64,000 nt of DNA from an uncultured Candidatus Binatia bacterium (GCA_965242605.1 CBDESS010000004.1:96139-160138), one strand, 5' to 3'. Positions 42,769 to 53,136 are shown, numbered from the stretch's first letter. The notes: generated from the letters alone by a model not told the origin. Program-made: numbers and translations.

Positions 42769-42991
42769 CCGAGCTCTGCCTTCTCCAACCAGAGCAAGCC
42801 GCAAAGAATCCGGATGGTAAGGCAAGGTGGAGAAAAGCCATATTTTCCATATCTTTCCCACCGCCGGCATGAGGCCAAGCGCCTTTTTCACATCTGAACG
42901 ACTGGAATCAGCGCGGCTCTTCTCTGAGAGAGCGAGAGTGTGCTATGGTCTGGAGATAGCCTACACCGTGCCCAGATAAGGAGGATAGACC

Positions 42992-43441
42992 ATGCCGATC
43001 AAGGTTGTTGAACTGCACCACCACGGGATTCGGATTGGCACCGAACCGGAGGAAGTCGAACAGGCGCGTCGCTTCTACTCCGACGTACTCGGTCTCAATA
43101 CCGACCCGGCTCGGCCCACTATCCCCACCATTCCTGGTTTCTGGATGTATGTGGGCCAGGGAGAACGGACAACCCAGATTCATCTGATGGGGGCCAGGGG
43201 CAAATCGCCCATGGTCAAAAGCGAAAAAGAAGACCCGACCCTGCCGCATGTCGCCCGGGCCGTTGAAGACATTCAAGAGCCCCGTAAGGAGTTGGACGAA
43301 CGCGGCATCTGGTACTGGAGCATCCAGGGCTTAGTCGGCCAGAACTCCGATCAGGTGTTTGTCCACGACCCGTGCGGCAATGTGATTGAGTTGCACCAAG
43401 TCGGCACCTGCACATGTAACAAGCTCGCCCTCAGTCAGTAG
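42992..43441 (+). CDS. VOC-family protein (glyoxalase/bleomycin-resistance/dioxygenase fold)
   Basis: ...LHHHGIRIGTEPEEVEQARRFYSDVLGL...; 149 aa. Confidence 0.7.
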   Translation: MPIKVVELHHHGIRIGTEPEEVEQARRFYSDVLGLNTDPARPTIPTIPGFWMYVGQGERTTQIHLMGARGKSPMVKSEKEDPTLPHVARAVEDIQEPRKELDERGIWYWSIQGLVGQNSDQVFVHDPCGNVIELHQVGTCTCNKLALSQ

Positions 43442-43479
43442 CACAACGACCGCGCGTCCCTATTTTTTCAGGAGGCCCA

Positions 43480-44604
43480 ATGACCGCAGAATACACCCAA
43501 CGCTTATTGTCTTCCGACTCCCACATTGTCGAACCCGCCGACCTGTGGCTGACCCGTATGGATAAAAAGTGGCGGGACAAAGCCCCGCGTATTGAGGCGC
43601 TGGACGAAACCGGCGACTACATCGTTATCGACGGGCTGCGCCCGCGTCCGCTGGCCTTTGAGGGCCCAATGGCCGACCTCAAGGCCCAAGGGCTGGATAT
43701 CCCCAAACCAAAGGGGTTCAAGTACGCAGAGAACCGGCCCGGCTGCTGGGACCCGGACGAGCGGCTGAAGGACCAAGACTTAGACGGCGTGTCTGGCGAG
43801 GTCGTCTACCCAGGGATCGGCCTGACCCTGGTGCGGGCACCCGAGGCCGAGTATTTGTACGCCTGCTGCCGGGCCTACAACGACTGGCTGGCCGAGTTCT
43901 GCCAGCCCTACCCCGACCGTTTGAAGGGCGTGGGCATGATCCCGTGTCGGGGACCGATTGAGTGGGCGGTTGAAGAAACCGAGCGGTGCGCCAAACTCGG
44001 ACTGGTCAGCGTGATGCTACCGGCCTGGGTTGACGATCGCCCGTATAACCTGCCCGACTGGGAGCCGCTGTGGGCAGCCATGCAGGACATGGGGCTGATC
44101 GCCAGCATCCACATCGGCGGCCGTGACCCTTTTGGCCGCGCCCACGGCCCGGGCGCGGGTGGGATTATCATCGGCATCGTCAAGTTTGAGATGAACGACA
44201 CTTTGCAGCACCTGATCTGGGGCGGCGCGCCAGTCCGGTTTCCCAAGCTCAAGTGGGCCTTGGTGGAGAGCGGTATTGGCTGGATCGGGGCCGCCCTCGG
44301 CTTCATGGATCACTGGTGGCAGGACCACAAGGGCTGGATGGACCCCCGGCTGCCCGAACCGCCCAGCACCTATTTTCATCGTCAGTTCTACGCCACCTTT
44401 GAGGACGACCGGGCCGGCGTCCTGACCCGCGAGCTGATGGGCGTGGAGAATATCATGTGGGGCTCAGACTATCCGCATACCGAGGGCGTATGGCCGTTCT
44501 CGCGCAAACAGGTGGCCCAGAACTTCACCTCAATTCCAGACGCCGACACCCGCAAGATTGTCCACGACAACACGGCCAGGCTGTACGGTTTTCCGATGGA
44601 GTAG
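43480..44604 (+). CDS. amidohydrolase-2 family metal-dependent hydrolase (ACMSD-like)
   Basis: ...SDSHIVEP...DLW... N-terminal metal-binding motif and TIM-barrel hydrolase core; 374 aa. Confidence 0.75.
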   Translation: MTAEYTQRLLSSDSHIVEPADLWLTRMDKKWRDKAPRIEALDETGDYIVIDGLRPRPLAFEGPMADLKAQGLDIPKPKGFKYAENRPGCWDPDERLKDQDLDGVSGEVVYPGIGLTLVRAPEAEYLYACCRAYNDWLAEFCQPYPDRLKGVGMIPCRGPIEWAVEETERCAKLGLVSVMLPAWVDDRPYNLPDWEPLWAAMQDMGLIASIHIGGRDPFGRAHGPGAGGIIIGIVKFEMNDTLQHLIWGGAPVRFPKLKWALVESGIGWIGAALGFMDHWWQDHKGWMDPRLPEPPSTYFHRQFYATFEDDRAGVLTRELMGVENIMWGSDYPHTEGVWPFSRKQVAQNFTSIPDADTRKIVHDNTARLYGFPME

Positions 44605-44618
44605 GCGTCTGTCAGCCC

Positions 44619-44993
44619 ATGCGCGGTGTGTGGCAAAGATTGGTGGGGGCATGGCTGAACAGGTCGGCCACATCTCCGCCCCGACCAGCCCGCACCTATA
44701 CCTTTCCCCTGTCGGACTTCCCCGACGGACGGGGCACGCCGCTGACCGTCGGGGGGAGACGGCTGGCCGTTTTTCATCTGGGCGAGCGGGTATTTGCGAT
44801 TGAGAACATCTGCTCGCACAACCGCTCACCCCTGGCCGGCGGGCCAGTGTCGGGGACGGTTGTCACTTGCCGGACGCATCGGGCGCGTTTCAGCCTGGAA
44901 ACCGGCCGTGCCGTGCGTGGTCCGGCCCGCAGACCGGTTCGGACCTATCCGGTGACGGTCTCTGAGGGGCGAGTTGCGATTACGGTCAGCTGA
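44619..44993 (+). CDS. Rieske [2Fe-2S] domain protein (NirD-like small subunit)
   Basis: In-frame ATG 44619 just past the amidohydrolase stop; CSH...C.TH Rieske motifs (ENICSHNRSPL...VVTCRTHRARF). Confidence 0.65.
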   Translation: MRGVWQRLVGAWLNRSATSPPRPARTYTFPLSDFPDGRGTPLTVGGRRLAVFHLGERVFAIENICSHNRSPLAGGPVSGTVVTCRTHRARFSLETGRAVRGPARRPVRTYPVTVSEGRVAITVS

Positions 44994-45027
44994 GTGCCAT
45001 TCACCTGAGTAGACCGAGGCAACACAA

Positions 45028-45477
45028 ATGCCAGCAACACAAGCGTTTTGGGAAACAAAGTCCTTGGCCGAGATGAGTCAGGCCGAGTGGGAATCGCTGT
45101 GCGACGGCTGCGGCCGCTGCTGTCTGCATAAAATTGTGGACGAGGACAGTGGCCAGACCTTTCACACCAACGTGGCCTGCCGTCTCCTTGACCCCCGGAC
45201 CTGTCGCTGCTCCCACTACGCCCAACGCCAACGCTGGGTGCCGGAGTGCCGCATCCTCAGCCCACAGACCGTCGGCCAAGCCCGCTGGCTGCCCCGCACC
45301 TGCGCCTACCGCCGGCTGCACGAGGGACGCGGCCTAGCCGGCTGGCATCCGCTCGTCTCCGGCGACCCGGAAACAGTCCATCAAGCCGGGATTTCGGTCC
45401 GCGGCTGTGTGGTGTCGGAAAAGCTGGTTCCTCTTGACCATCTGGACGAATATATTATTGACTGGATTACGTCCTAA
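45028..45477 (+). CDS. YcgN/UPF0260 family cysteine-cluster protein
   Basis: ...FWETKSLAEMSQAEWESLCDGCGRCCLHK... conserved YcgN N-terminus; 149 aa. Confidence 0.75.
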   Translation: MPATQAFWETKSLAEMSQAEWESLCDGCGRCCLHKIVDEDSGQTFHTNVACRLLDPRTCRCSHYAQRQRWVPECRILSPQTVGQARWLPRTCAYRRLHEGRGLAGWHPLVSGDPETVHQAGISVRGCVVSEKLVPLDHLDEYIIDWITS

Positions 45478-45483
45478 GGGTGG

Positions 45484-45771
45484 CTAGCTCCTGGCCTGTT
45501 CGGCTTCCCACTCCCACGGCAGGGCGTATTTCTTGCTGCTGTTGCAGGCTTTACAGGCCGGGACGATATTGCCCCTGGTTGATCTTCCGCCTCGCACCAG
45601 GGGGACCACATGGTCCATGGTCAGTTCGGCGGGCGGGAAGCGGCCCCGGCAGTAGTAGCACCGGCTGGACGCCTGCTTCCGCTTCCACCATGCAGAGCGG
45701 CGCAGCTCACGCGCCCGGCTCTTCTCCAGAGCGATATCCGCCCCGCTCACCTCAGAAAAGAAGGGCTTCAC
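45484..45771 (-). CDS. HNH endonuclease (small stand-alone)
   Basis: CYYCRG...MDHVVPLVRGG...NIVPACKACNSSK: HNH catalytic His and Cys4 zinc motif. Confidence 0.75.
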   Translation of the reverse strand: MKPFFSEVSGADIALEKSRARELRRSAWWKRKQASSRCYYCRGRFPPAELTMDHVVPLVRGGRSTRGNIVPACKACNSSKKYALPWEWEAEQARS

Positions 45772-45774
45772 TAC

Positions 45775-46089
45775 TCAGTGCGAGCTTTCCGACATGGACC
45801 CTTCTGCTTGACCGGCCATTCCTCCCTCTCCGCCTTCAGTCATGGTACCCTGGTCCGCGGCGGCTCCTTCACTCATGGTACCCTGGTCCGCGGCGGCTCC
45901 TTCACTCATGGTACCCTGGTCCGCGGCGGCTCCTTCAGCCCCGGCCTCTTGTTGCATGTCCTCGGCCGGCTTGGCCTCACCGGCGGCCTGGGCGTCCGAA
46001 CCTTCGTGATGCGCAGCCCACAGGGCCGGTACCGGTGTGCTGAGCCCTAGCGCAACGGCCAGAGCGGTGACAATTCTCTTCTTCTCCAT
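45775..46089 (-). CDS. secreted repeat-containing protein (Ala/Gln/Gly-rich)
   Basis: RBS GGAGGAGG then ATG at 46089; signal peptide MEKKRIVTALAVALGLSTPVPALWAAHHE; three tandem 11-aa EGAAADQGTMS repeats. Confidence 0.55.
   Translation of the reverse strand: MEKKRIVTALAVALGLSTPVPALWAAHHEGSDAQAAGEAKPAEDMQQEAGAEGAAADQGTMSEGAAADQGTMSEGAAADQGTMTEGGEGGMAGQAEGSMSESSH
45820..45939. repeat. tandem 33-bp direct repeat (about 3.5 copies) inside the secreted-protein CDS
   Basis: catggtaccctggtccgcggcggctccttcact at 45841, 45874 and 45907, with a partial degenerate copy upstream. Confidence 0.85.
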
Positions 46090-46374
46090 ACCTGCTACCT
46101 CCTCCAGGTTTCTTGCTACACCCACTGCCCGACTACAGCGCCGGGTCCTCTGAAGAACACCATAAAGATAGCCGATTTCCTGACGAGGAACAATCCCCCT
46201 TTCTGGGTTAGTCCGTCCCACCGGCGGGGAAAAATTCCCGGAGGGCTTCTGCTGGTAGCAGCAGCGCGCCTACAGTGCGGCAAGCCGGGCAGCCGCTTTG
46301 TCTTCTCATACCGCTTTCGCTATGCTGGCACTCACCCGCACCTGATGATACACGGGCGGGCCACAGGAGCAGCG

Positions 46375-47518
46375 ATGGAGCACCACGATTGCATTGTTAT
46401 CGGCACCGGCGGGGTGGGCAGCACGGCGCTGTTTCACCTAGCCCGGCGCAGGGTGCGAGTCCTGGGGATTGACCGGTTTACGCCCGGCCACGACCGGGGC
46501 AGCTCACACGGCCACCCCCGCCTCATTCGCCTAGCCTATCTAGCCTATATGGAACACCCGGACTATGTGCCGCTGCTGCGGCGGGCGTATATCCTGTGGG
46601 CCGAGCTGTCCGAGCGGTGTGGGCAGCGGTTGTACACCGAGACCGGCCTGCTTGAGGTCGGGCCGGCTGACGGTTTCATAGTCCCCGGGGTGCGGGCCAG
46701 CGCCCGCGCTCACGCACTCCAGGTTGATGAGCTGAGCCACGGCTAAGGCCGAACAGCGCTTTCCCGGCTTTCGGGTGCCCCCGAGCGTGACCGCGGTGTT
46801 TGAGCAGCGGGCCGGCTATCTGCGCGTCAAGGCGTGTATTCTGGCCCATATCAGTCACGCTCAGCGGGCCGGCGCTCAGGTGCGCAGCAACGAAATCGTC
46901 CGGGCTTGGCGGACCGACAGGCGGGGGGTGATTGTCACCACCGACCGGGCCGAGTACGCCGCCGAGCGGCTCATTATCACCGCCGGGGCGTGGGCCGGCC
47001 AACTGCTGGGCGAGCTGGGAGTTCCCTTTCGTATCCGGCGCAAGTCGCTGTTCTGGTACGAGACCGACGATCCAGTCTATGGGGAGTCGGGCTGCCCATG
47101 CTATTTCTATGAGACCCCGGAGGGCAACTTTTACGGTTTTCCGCCCATTGACGGGTTTGGCCTCAAGGTGGCCGAGCACTCGGGCGGACAGCCTGTCAGC
47201 GACCCGCTCGCCGTTGATCGGAACATCTCCGCACACGACCAAGACCAGGTCAAGCGCTTTCTGGCCCGCTATCTGCCGGGGGTCAGCCGGCGACGCCAAC
47301 ACCAGGTGGTGTGTCTGTACACCATGAGCCCAGACGAACATTTTGTACTTGATCGGCACCCCGAGCATCCGCAGGTCGCTTTTGTGGCCGGGCTGTCGGG
47401 CCACGGTTTCAAGTTTGCCAGCGCGCTCGGTGAACTCCTCAGCCAGTTGGTCCTTGACGGTCAGACCTGCTCGGCGGCCGAATTTCTGGGCTGTCAGCGT
47501 TTTTTAGCCAAGCGCTGA
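46375..47518 (+). pseudogene. solA: N-methyl-L-tryptophan/sarcosine oxidase (MSOX/SolA family), +1 frameshift
   Basis: RBS AGGAG then ATG 46375; MEHHDCIVIGTGGVGS FAD fold to stop at 46744; the protein continues in frame +1 from 46748 (AEQRFPGFRVPPSVTAVFEQRAGYLRV...) to 47518; likely single-nt insertion near 46735. Confidence 0.7.
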
Positions 47519-47967
47519 CGGCGCTTGGCCAAGACAGCGGCAAACGCGGCTTCAAGCTCGGGCTTGCCCAGGTCGGGAACACGCAGCTCAGAAAACCGCG
47601 GCGGCGGCAGACCGGCCGGTTCTTTGGGCGGTCTGGCCATGTCTTGGGGGCGGCCCAGTACGAAAAAAAGGGGCTTGACCGGCGGCGCTCCATGTTTGGC
47701 TAGCGCTTGGTTCAGGCTGCGCACGAGTCGTCCTTTGAGGAACTGGAGTTCCTGGATGACGGCCGGATGCGCGACGGTTACAAACAGCTTGCCGTGCTGC
47801 GCCTTGCTCGGCCAAGCCCTCTCGGCCACGGCCCGACCAACCGCCTCTTCCCAGACCTCCCACACCCGGTAGTCCTCCACCCGACCCGTAATCGGCAGGT
47901 CAGGGACCAAGCTCTTGAGCACCTCGGCGGCCGACTTCCAGCCCGTGGCTTGGCGGGTGTTTTTCAT
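47494..47967 (-). CDS. DUF721 domain protein
   Basis: In-frame ATG at 47967; ...DYRVWEVWEEAVGRAVAERAWPSKAQHGKLFVTVAHPAVIQELQFLKGRLVRSLNQ matches DUF721. Confidence 0.65.
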   Translation of the reverse strand: MKNTRQATGWKSAAEVLKSLVPDLPITGRVEDYRVWEVWEEAVGRAVAERAWPSKAQHGKLFVTVAHPAVIQELQFLKGRLVRSLNQALAKHGAPPVKPLFFVLGRPQDMARPPKEPAGLPPPRFSELRVPDLGKPELEAAFAAVLAKRRQRLAKKR

Positions 47968-48060
47968 ACGCGGTTGCAGCATACGACAAAAACACAAAAA
48001 AGAGAAGGAGATTCGCTGACATACTACCGTTAGCGTTTTTTGTCTTGACAATACCAGATA

Positions 48061-48300
48061 TTGGGGGATCTGTTTTCTGCGCTGCTGGCGTCAATTAAGG
48101 GAGTGCTGCTGCAAATCCCTCTGCTCGGCGACATGATCCGGCGTGTGCCGCAGATCCTGGACAGACTGATCGCCTATTTCGCGCGTCACCCGTTTATGGC
48201 CCCGTTTGTGGAGTTTTTCCGGACGCTGGCCGCGTCCGGGGCACGCGTCCGAGAGGAGATTGCGGCGCTCCAGCGTCAGGCGACCGCGCTGGGTGGCTGA
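48061..48300 (+). CDS. hypothetical small protein (possibly first piece of a frameshifted gene spanning 48061-48886)
   Basis: 79-aa ORF; downstream ORFs step through frames +1 each (48206, 48378, 48457, 48665) with repeated Arg/Gln-rich helical motifs. Tentative. Confidence 0.2.
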   Translation: MGDLFSALLASIKGVLLQIPLLGDMIRRVPQILDRLIAYFARHPFMAPFVEFFRTLAASGARVREEIAALQRQATALGG

Positions 48301-48865
48301 ACAGCAGGTCGCCCGGAGACAAGCACCGACGGTGGTGCAGCCGCCTCCGCTGCTGCTGCGGGCCAGACGCGCAGACATTGCCAGAGAATTCGTTTTCCGG
48401 TGCCAACTGGAGCAAGCGGATTACGCGCACCCAGGTCGCCTTGCTGACGGACCTCAATGAGCAGCGCCAGGCCGGCATCGAGGCGGAATTCCGTGTCCGG
48501 CAAGAGTTTGTACGGCGGAGGAAGACGCTTGAGGCGCAGATCCAGGACGCGGAGCGGGCCTTTGACTTGGCGTACAGGCAATTCAGCAGCAGAACGCTGC
48601 CGGAGACCTGAATCGGGAAGATTTTGCCCAGCAGCTCTACCGCGAGCAAGACCAGCTAACTCAGGTGTTGTTCGCGGCAGGCAACGAGGTGCGCCAACTC
48701 AACGCGGAGCAGCGCACAGCGGTGCGGCAGGCCGGGGAGCTGGCCCGCCGGCAGAACGAGATGGTGTTTCATGCCCGCCGATTCCGGGACACCAGGGACT
48801 CGGTTGGTGACAACCTTGACAAAGATGTAACACCTGGAGTAAAAAGTTTTTTGACACACTTTAAA

Positions 48866-48896
48866 GGGTATCCATTTGAGGTAAAAATGGATACCC
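48866..48896 (+). promoter_or_regulatory. perfect 10-bp inverted repeat GGGTATCCAT-N11-ATGGATACCC enclosing the RBS and start codon of a small membrane ORF
   Basis: The loop contains GAGG, the 3' arm contains ATG (48887); it sits in a local AT-rich patch with TTGACA at 48851-48856. Confidence 0.4.
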
Positions 48897-49225
48897 TTAT
48901 GGATGGTATGGAGATTCTTGTCGTGGTGATCGTGCTGGGGTGGTTGGTCTGGTTACTGTTCTCCCCTCCGCGCCGGCCAAAAAAAGGTCCGCTCCAGGAC
49001 TGCGCTGAAAAGGGGGCCGCGGTGCTGGCGTCTTCAGCAGACGCGTTGGGGAAGGTTGCGGACGCGCTCAATTGGGTTGGGCGAGAGGTTGAAAAGCCTG
49101 TACGGCAGAAGCTGAGAGAGGAGGCGGCTGCGCGGCTGAAGCACGAGCGGCTGGGCGAAGCTGGTGGCGCGCAAAATGGAGCAGCTGCGGGCCCGGGCCA
49201 AAGCGCAGCCGCCCGCGCGAGGTGA
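48887..49225 (+). CDS. small single-pass membrane protein (hypothetical)
   Basis: ATG 48887 after GAGG; MDTLMDGMEILVVVIVLGWLVWLLF TM helix then charged, Ala-rich tail; 112 aa. Confidence 0.35.
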   Translation: MDTLMDGMEILVVVIVLGWLVWLLFSPPRRPKKGPLQDCAEKGAAVLASSADALGKVADALNWVGREVEKPVRQKLREEAAARLKHERLGEAGGAQNGAAAGPGQSAAARAR

Positions 49226-49531
49226 CGAGCATGGCCCATAAGACATTCCCCGCAGATTTTCTGGCGTCTGAACTGGTCAGCTGCTTGATTATGCCAGCAG
49301 TCCCGGCCGCGACGGCCAGCGTTACGTCCCTGTTTGGCCGGCAGGTTGACGTCAATCTTCTCACGGCAAGCTGGCAAGGCGAGATGGAATTTGACCCAAT
49401 CCCGCTGAAGGACGCTGGCAATCACCCGGAATTGCAGAGACTGAAAGACGAAATTCTGCCGTTTCTTGCGTTCAGCCAGATCCCAGGCAACACCTGGGAC
49501 ATCGATATCCGCAAAAGAGGAGGTGGTGGCT

Positions 49532-52345
49532 ATGGCGGAGAGAGAGCCGAAGATGTGGCAGCAAGACGAGTTCTCAGACGAGCGGGAGATGGGCTTGATA
49601 AGTGCCGAGCCCCCAGGCCGTGCGTCAGGCGGCGTTCGCCTCACCCGCCACTTTACCCGGGCGGGTGAGCAACCCTTCTCGGCGGTCGAATGGGAGCGGC
49701 GCAGCGCGGTCATCTCGGGAGAAAACGGGGAGGTCGTGTTTGAGCAGCACGAGGTCGAAATCCCCAAAGCCTGGTCTCAGTTGGCGACCAATGTCGTTGT
49801 CTCAAAATACTTTCGGGGCCCGCTCGGGACCCCTCAGCGGGAACACAGCGTGCGCCAGTTGATCGGCCGGGTCGTCGATACCCTCACCGCCTGGGGCAAA
49901 AAGGACGGCTATTTTGCCGACGACGACAGCACCCAGATTTTCAGCGACGAACTCAGCCATCTGTTGGTTGAGCAGAAGCTGGCCTTCAACAGCCCGGTGT
50001 GGTTCAATGTCGGGGTTGAGCCGCAGCCGCAGTGCAGCGCGTGTTTTATTCTGTCGGTCAACGACCAGATGGAGTCGATCCTCGATTGGTATCGCAAAGA
50101 GGGTTTTATTTTTAAGGGCGGCTCAGGCTCAGGGGTCAACCTGTCCCGCATCCGCTCGTCCAAAGAGCGTCTGTCGAGCGGTGGGGCCGCCTCTGGACCG
50201 GTCTCGTTTATGCGGGCGGCCGACGCGTCGGCGGGAGTCATTAAATCGGGTGGCAAGACGCGCCGGGCGGCCAAAATGGTCGTCCTGAATGTGGACCACC
50301 CGGATATTGTCGAATTTATTCAGTGCAAGGCCGAAGAAGAGCGGAAAGCCTGGACGCTGATTGAGGCCGGCTACGACGCATCAATTGACGGGGCGGCCTA
50401 CAGCTCGGTCTTCTTTCAGAACGCCAACAATTCGGTCCGGGTCAACGATGCCTTTATGCACGCGGTGGTTGACCGCCGGCCCTGGTCAACCCGGTTTGTC
50501 ACCACCGGACATGAGCATGAGACTTTTGCGGCAGCAGAGTTGTTACGCAAGATCGCCGAGGCGACCTGGCAGTGCGGTGATCCCGGCATGCAGTTCGATA
50601 CCACGATCAACGCCTGGCACACCTGCCCCAACAGTGGCCGGATTAACGCCAGCAATCCGTGCTCGGAATACATGCACCTTGACGATAGTGCGTGTAATCT
50701 GGCCTCACTCAACCTCATGAAGTTCCTCAAGGACGACGGCGGATTTGACACCGCGGCCTTCAAACACGCGGTTGATATCAGCATGACCGCCCAAGACATC
50801 ATCGTTGATAACTCCAGCTATCCCACGCCTGACATTACCGATAACGCCAGAGCCTTTCGCGAGCTGGGCCTGGGCTACGCCAACCTGGGCGCGCTGCTGA
50901 TGTCCCTGGGCCTGCCCTACGATTCCGAAGCCGGACGGCAGTACGCCGGCGCGATTACGGCCCTGATGACTGGCCAAGCCTACCTCCAGTCGGCCCGTAT
51001 CGCCCAACAGCTCGGCCCGTTTGCCGGCTATACGAGCAACCGTGAGCCTATGCTGGCGGTGATCGACAAACACCGCTCGGCCGCCCATCAGCTTGACCCG
51101 TCTCTGGTGCCGCTGGAGCTGTTATCCGAGGCGCGCAGAGCCTGGGATGAGGCCCTGGCCCTAGGTCAGCGCGCCGGCTACCGCAACTCGCAAGCGACAG
51201 TATTGGCCCCAACCGGGACCATCGCCTTTATGATGGACTGCGATACAACCGGGGTTGAGCCGGACATCGCCTTGATCAAATACAAACGCCTAGTCGGCGG
51301 TGGGCTGCTGAAACTGGTCAACACCACGGTTCCCCACGCGCTGGCGCGGCTCGGCTACGCCAGCCGGGAGATCCAGGCCATTGTTGAATATATTGATGAG
51401 CAGGAGACGATTGAGGGCGCTCCTGGACTGCGCGATGAACACTTGGCGGTGTTTGACTGCGCCTTCAAACCGGCCCGGGGGAGCCGGGCGATCCACCACC
51501 TGGGGCATTTGCGGATGATGGGGGCGGTCCAGCCCTTTCTCTCGGGCGCGATCTCCAAAACGGTCAATCTGTCCAACGACGCCACGGTGGAGGATATTGC
51601 TGACGCCTATATGGAAGCCTGGCACCTGGGGCTCAAGGCGGTCGCCATCTATCGTGACGGGTGTAAGCGGGTGCAGCCGCTGGGGACGCACAAGAAGTCC
51701 GTCACGGTGGACAAGCCGTCCTCTACGGAGTTCAAACAGGAGAGGCGACGCCTGCCTATGGACCGCGCCGCCGTCTGTCATAAATTTGAGGTGGTCGGAC
51801 ACGAGGGCTATATCCATGTCGGTTTTTATGAAGACGGGACGCCCGGAGAAATCTTTATCCGCATGGCCAAGGAAGGTAGTACCATATCGGGCCTCATGGA
51901 CTCGATCGCGACCCTGACCTCTGTGGCCTTGCAGTACGGCGTACCGCTGGACACTTTGGTGAACAAGTTTGGCCACGTCCGCTTTGAGCCGTCCGGGTTT
52001 ACCAGGAACCCGGATATCCCATACGCAAAATCGCTGATCGACTACATCTTCCGCTTTCTAGGCACCCGTTTCTTGTCAAGCGAGTTGAAAGAGGAAATCA
52101 GCCTGGTCGAAACGGTGACCGCCGCACAGCCCGCGGCTCAGACCCCGGGCCTCGCCCCTGTCGAGCCGGCGGCTGACCGCCCAGCCCCCGCGGAGGAGGT
52201 CAAGGTCTCGCACGACTTCCCGCCGGCCGCCACCTGGCAGGCACAGGCGGACGCGCCGAGCTGCGCCGAGTGTGGCTCAATCATGATCCGAAACGGGTCA
52301 TGCTACAAATGTCTCAACTGTGGATCGACGAGCGGCTGCTCGTAA
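49532..52345 (+). CDS. nrdJ: class II adenosylcobalamin-dependent ribonucleotide reductase
   Basis: RBS GAGGAGGTGG then ATG 49532; ...NPCSEYMHLDDSACNLASLNL... active-site region; C-terminal Cys4 zinc ribbon CAECGS...CLNCGS; 937 aa. Confidence 0.9.
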   Translation: MAEREPKMWQQDEFSDEREMGLISAEPPGRASGGVRLTRHFTRAGEQPFSAVEWERRSAVISGENGEVVFEQHEVEIPKAWSQLATNVVVSKYFRGPLGTPQREHSVRQLIGRVVDTLTAWGKKDGYFADDDSTQIFSDELSHLLVEQKLAFNSPVWFNVGVEPQPQCSACFILSVNDQMESILDWYRKEGFIFKGGSGSGVNLSRIRSSKERLSSGGAASGPVSFMRAADASAGVIKSGGKTRRAAKMVVLNVDHPDIVEFIQCKAEEERKAWTLIEAGYDASIDGAAYSSVFFQNANNSVRVNDAFMHAVVDRRPWSTRFVTTGHEHETFAAAELLRKIAEATWQCGDPGMQFDTTINAWHTCPNSGRINASNPCSEYMHLDDSACNLASLNLMKFLKDDGGFDTAAFKHAVDISMTAQDIIVDNSSYPTPDITDNARAFRELGLGYANLGALLMSLGLPYDSEAGRQYAGAITALMTGQAYLQSARIAQQLGPFAGYTSNREPMLAVIDKHRSAAHQLDPSLVPLELLSEARRAWDEALALGQRAGYRNSQATVLAPTGTIAFMMDCDTTGVEPDIALIKYKRLVGGGLLKLVNTTVPHALARLGYASREIQAIVEYIDEQETIEGAPGLRDEHLAVFDCAFKPARGSRAIHHLGHLRMMGAVQPFLSGAISKTVNLSNDATVEDIADAYMEAWHLGLKAVAIYRDGCKRVQPLGTHKKSVTVDKPSSTEFKQERRRLPMDRAAVCHKFEVVGHEGYIHVGFYEDGTPGEIFIRMAKEGSTISGLMDSIATLTSVALQYGVPLDTLVNKFGHVRFEPSGFTRNPDIPYAKSLIDYIFRFLGTRFLSSELKEEISLVETVTAAQPAAQTPGLAPVEPAADRPAPAEEVKVSHDFPPAATWQAQADAPSCAECGSIMIRNGSCYKCLNCGSTSGCS

Positions 52346-52413
52346 GCAACAGTACCACGAAACACGGCTCTGGCCCACGGACACGGGCGAGAGCCCCAAA
52401 GGGAGGACGGTGT

Positions 52414-53136
52414 ATGCCGATATTCGAACGGGGTGATATCAAGCTGTACTATGAAGAACATGGGGCAGGTTTTCCGATTTTGCTCATCGCCCCGGGCGGC
52501 ATGCGCTCCGCGGTGTCCTTCTGGGATCAGGCCGCCTGGAACCCCATTCCACAGCTCGCCGCCCACTACCGCGTCATTGCCATGGACCAGCGCAACGCCG
52601 GTCAATCCAGTGCCCCGATCAGGGCAAGCGATAGCTGGCACGCCTATACCGAGGATCAGCTCGCCCTGCTTGACCACCTCGGTGTTGATCGCTTTCATAT
52701 CGCCGGCATGTGTATCGGCGGCCCGTACTGCATGGGCCTCATCAAAGCGGCCCCGCAACGGGTCACCTCGGCGATTGTCTTTCAGACAATCGGTCTGTCA
52801 GACAACCGTCAGGCCTTCTACGACATGTTTGACGGCTGGGCTGAAGCCCTCAAGCCGGACCGCCCGGAGGTGAGTTCCGAGGTCTGGGAAACATTCAAAA
52901 CGTCAATGTACGGTGGGAATTTTCTGTTTAACGTGTCAAAAGAGTTTGTCGCCCAGTGCTCCACGCCCCTCCTCGTCCTGCTCGGCAACGACCTCTACCA
53001 TCCGCCCGAAACCTCGCGCGAAGTCGCCCGTCTAGCCCAAAACGCCACGCTTATTGAACACTGGAAAGAGCCCCACGAGCAGCCCGCGGCCCAACGGGCC
53101 ATAGCAGACTTTCTGGCCCAACACACGCCACGCTAG
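52414..53136 (+). CDS. alpha/beta-hydrolase fold protein
   Basis: RBS GGGAGG then ATG 52414; ...ILLIAPGGMRS...HIAGMCIGGPY nucleophile elbow. Confidence 0.8.
   Translation: MPIFERGDIKLYYEEHGAGFPILLIAPGGMRSAVSFWDQAAWNPIPQLAAHYRVIAMDQRNAGQSSAPIRASDSWHAYTEDQLALLDHLGVDRFHIAGMCIGGPYCMGLIKAAPQRVTSAIVFQTIGLSDNRQAFYDMFDGWAEALKPDRPEVSSEVWETFKTSMYGGNFLFNVSKEFVAQCSTPLLVLLGNDLYHPPETSREVARLAQNATLIEHWKEPHEQPAAQRAIADFLAQHTPR

Noticed and set aside
45820-45939. 33-bp tandem repeats as a CRISPR array
   Set aside because: Repeats are directly adjacent with no spacers, are in-frame coding (EGAAADQGTMS), and no cas genes are present.
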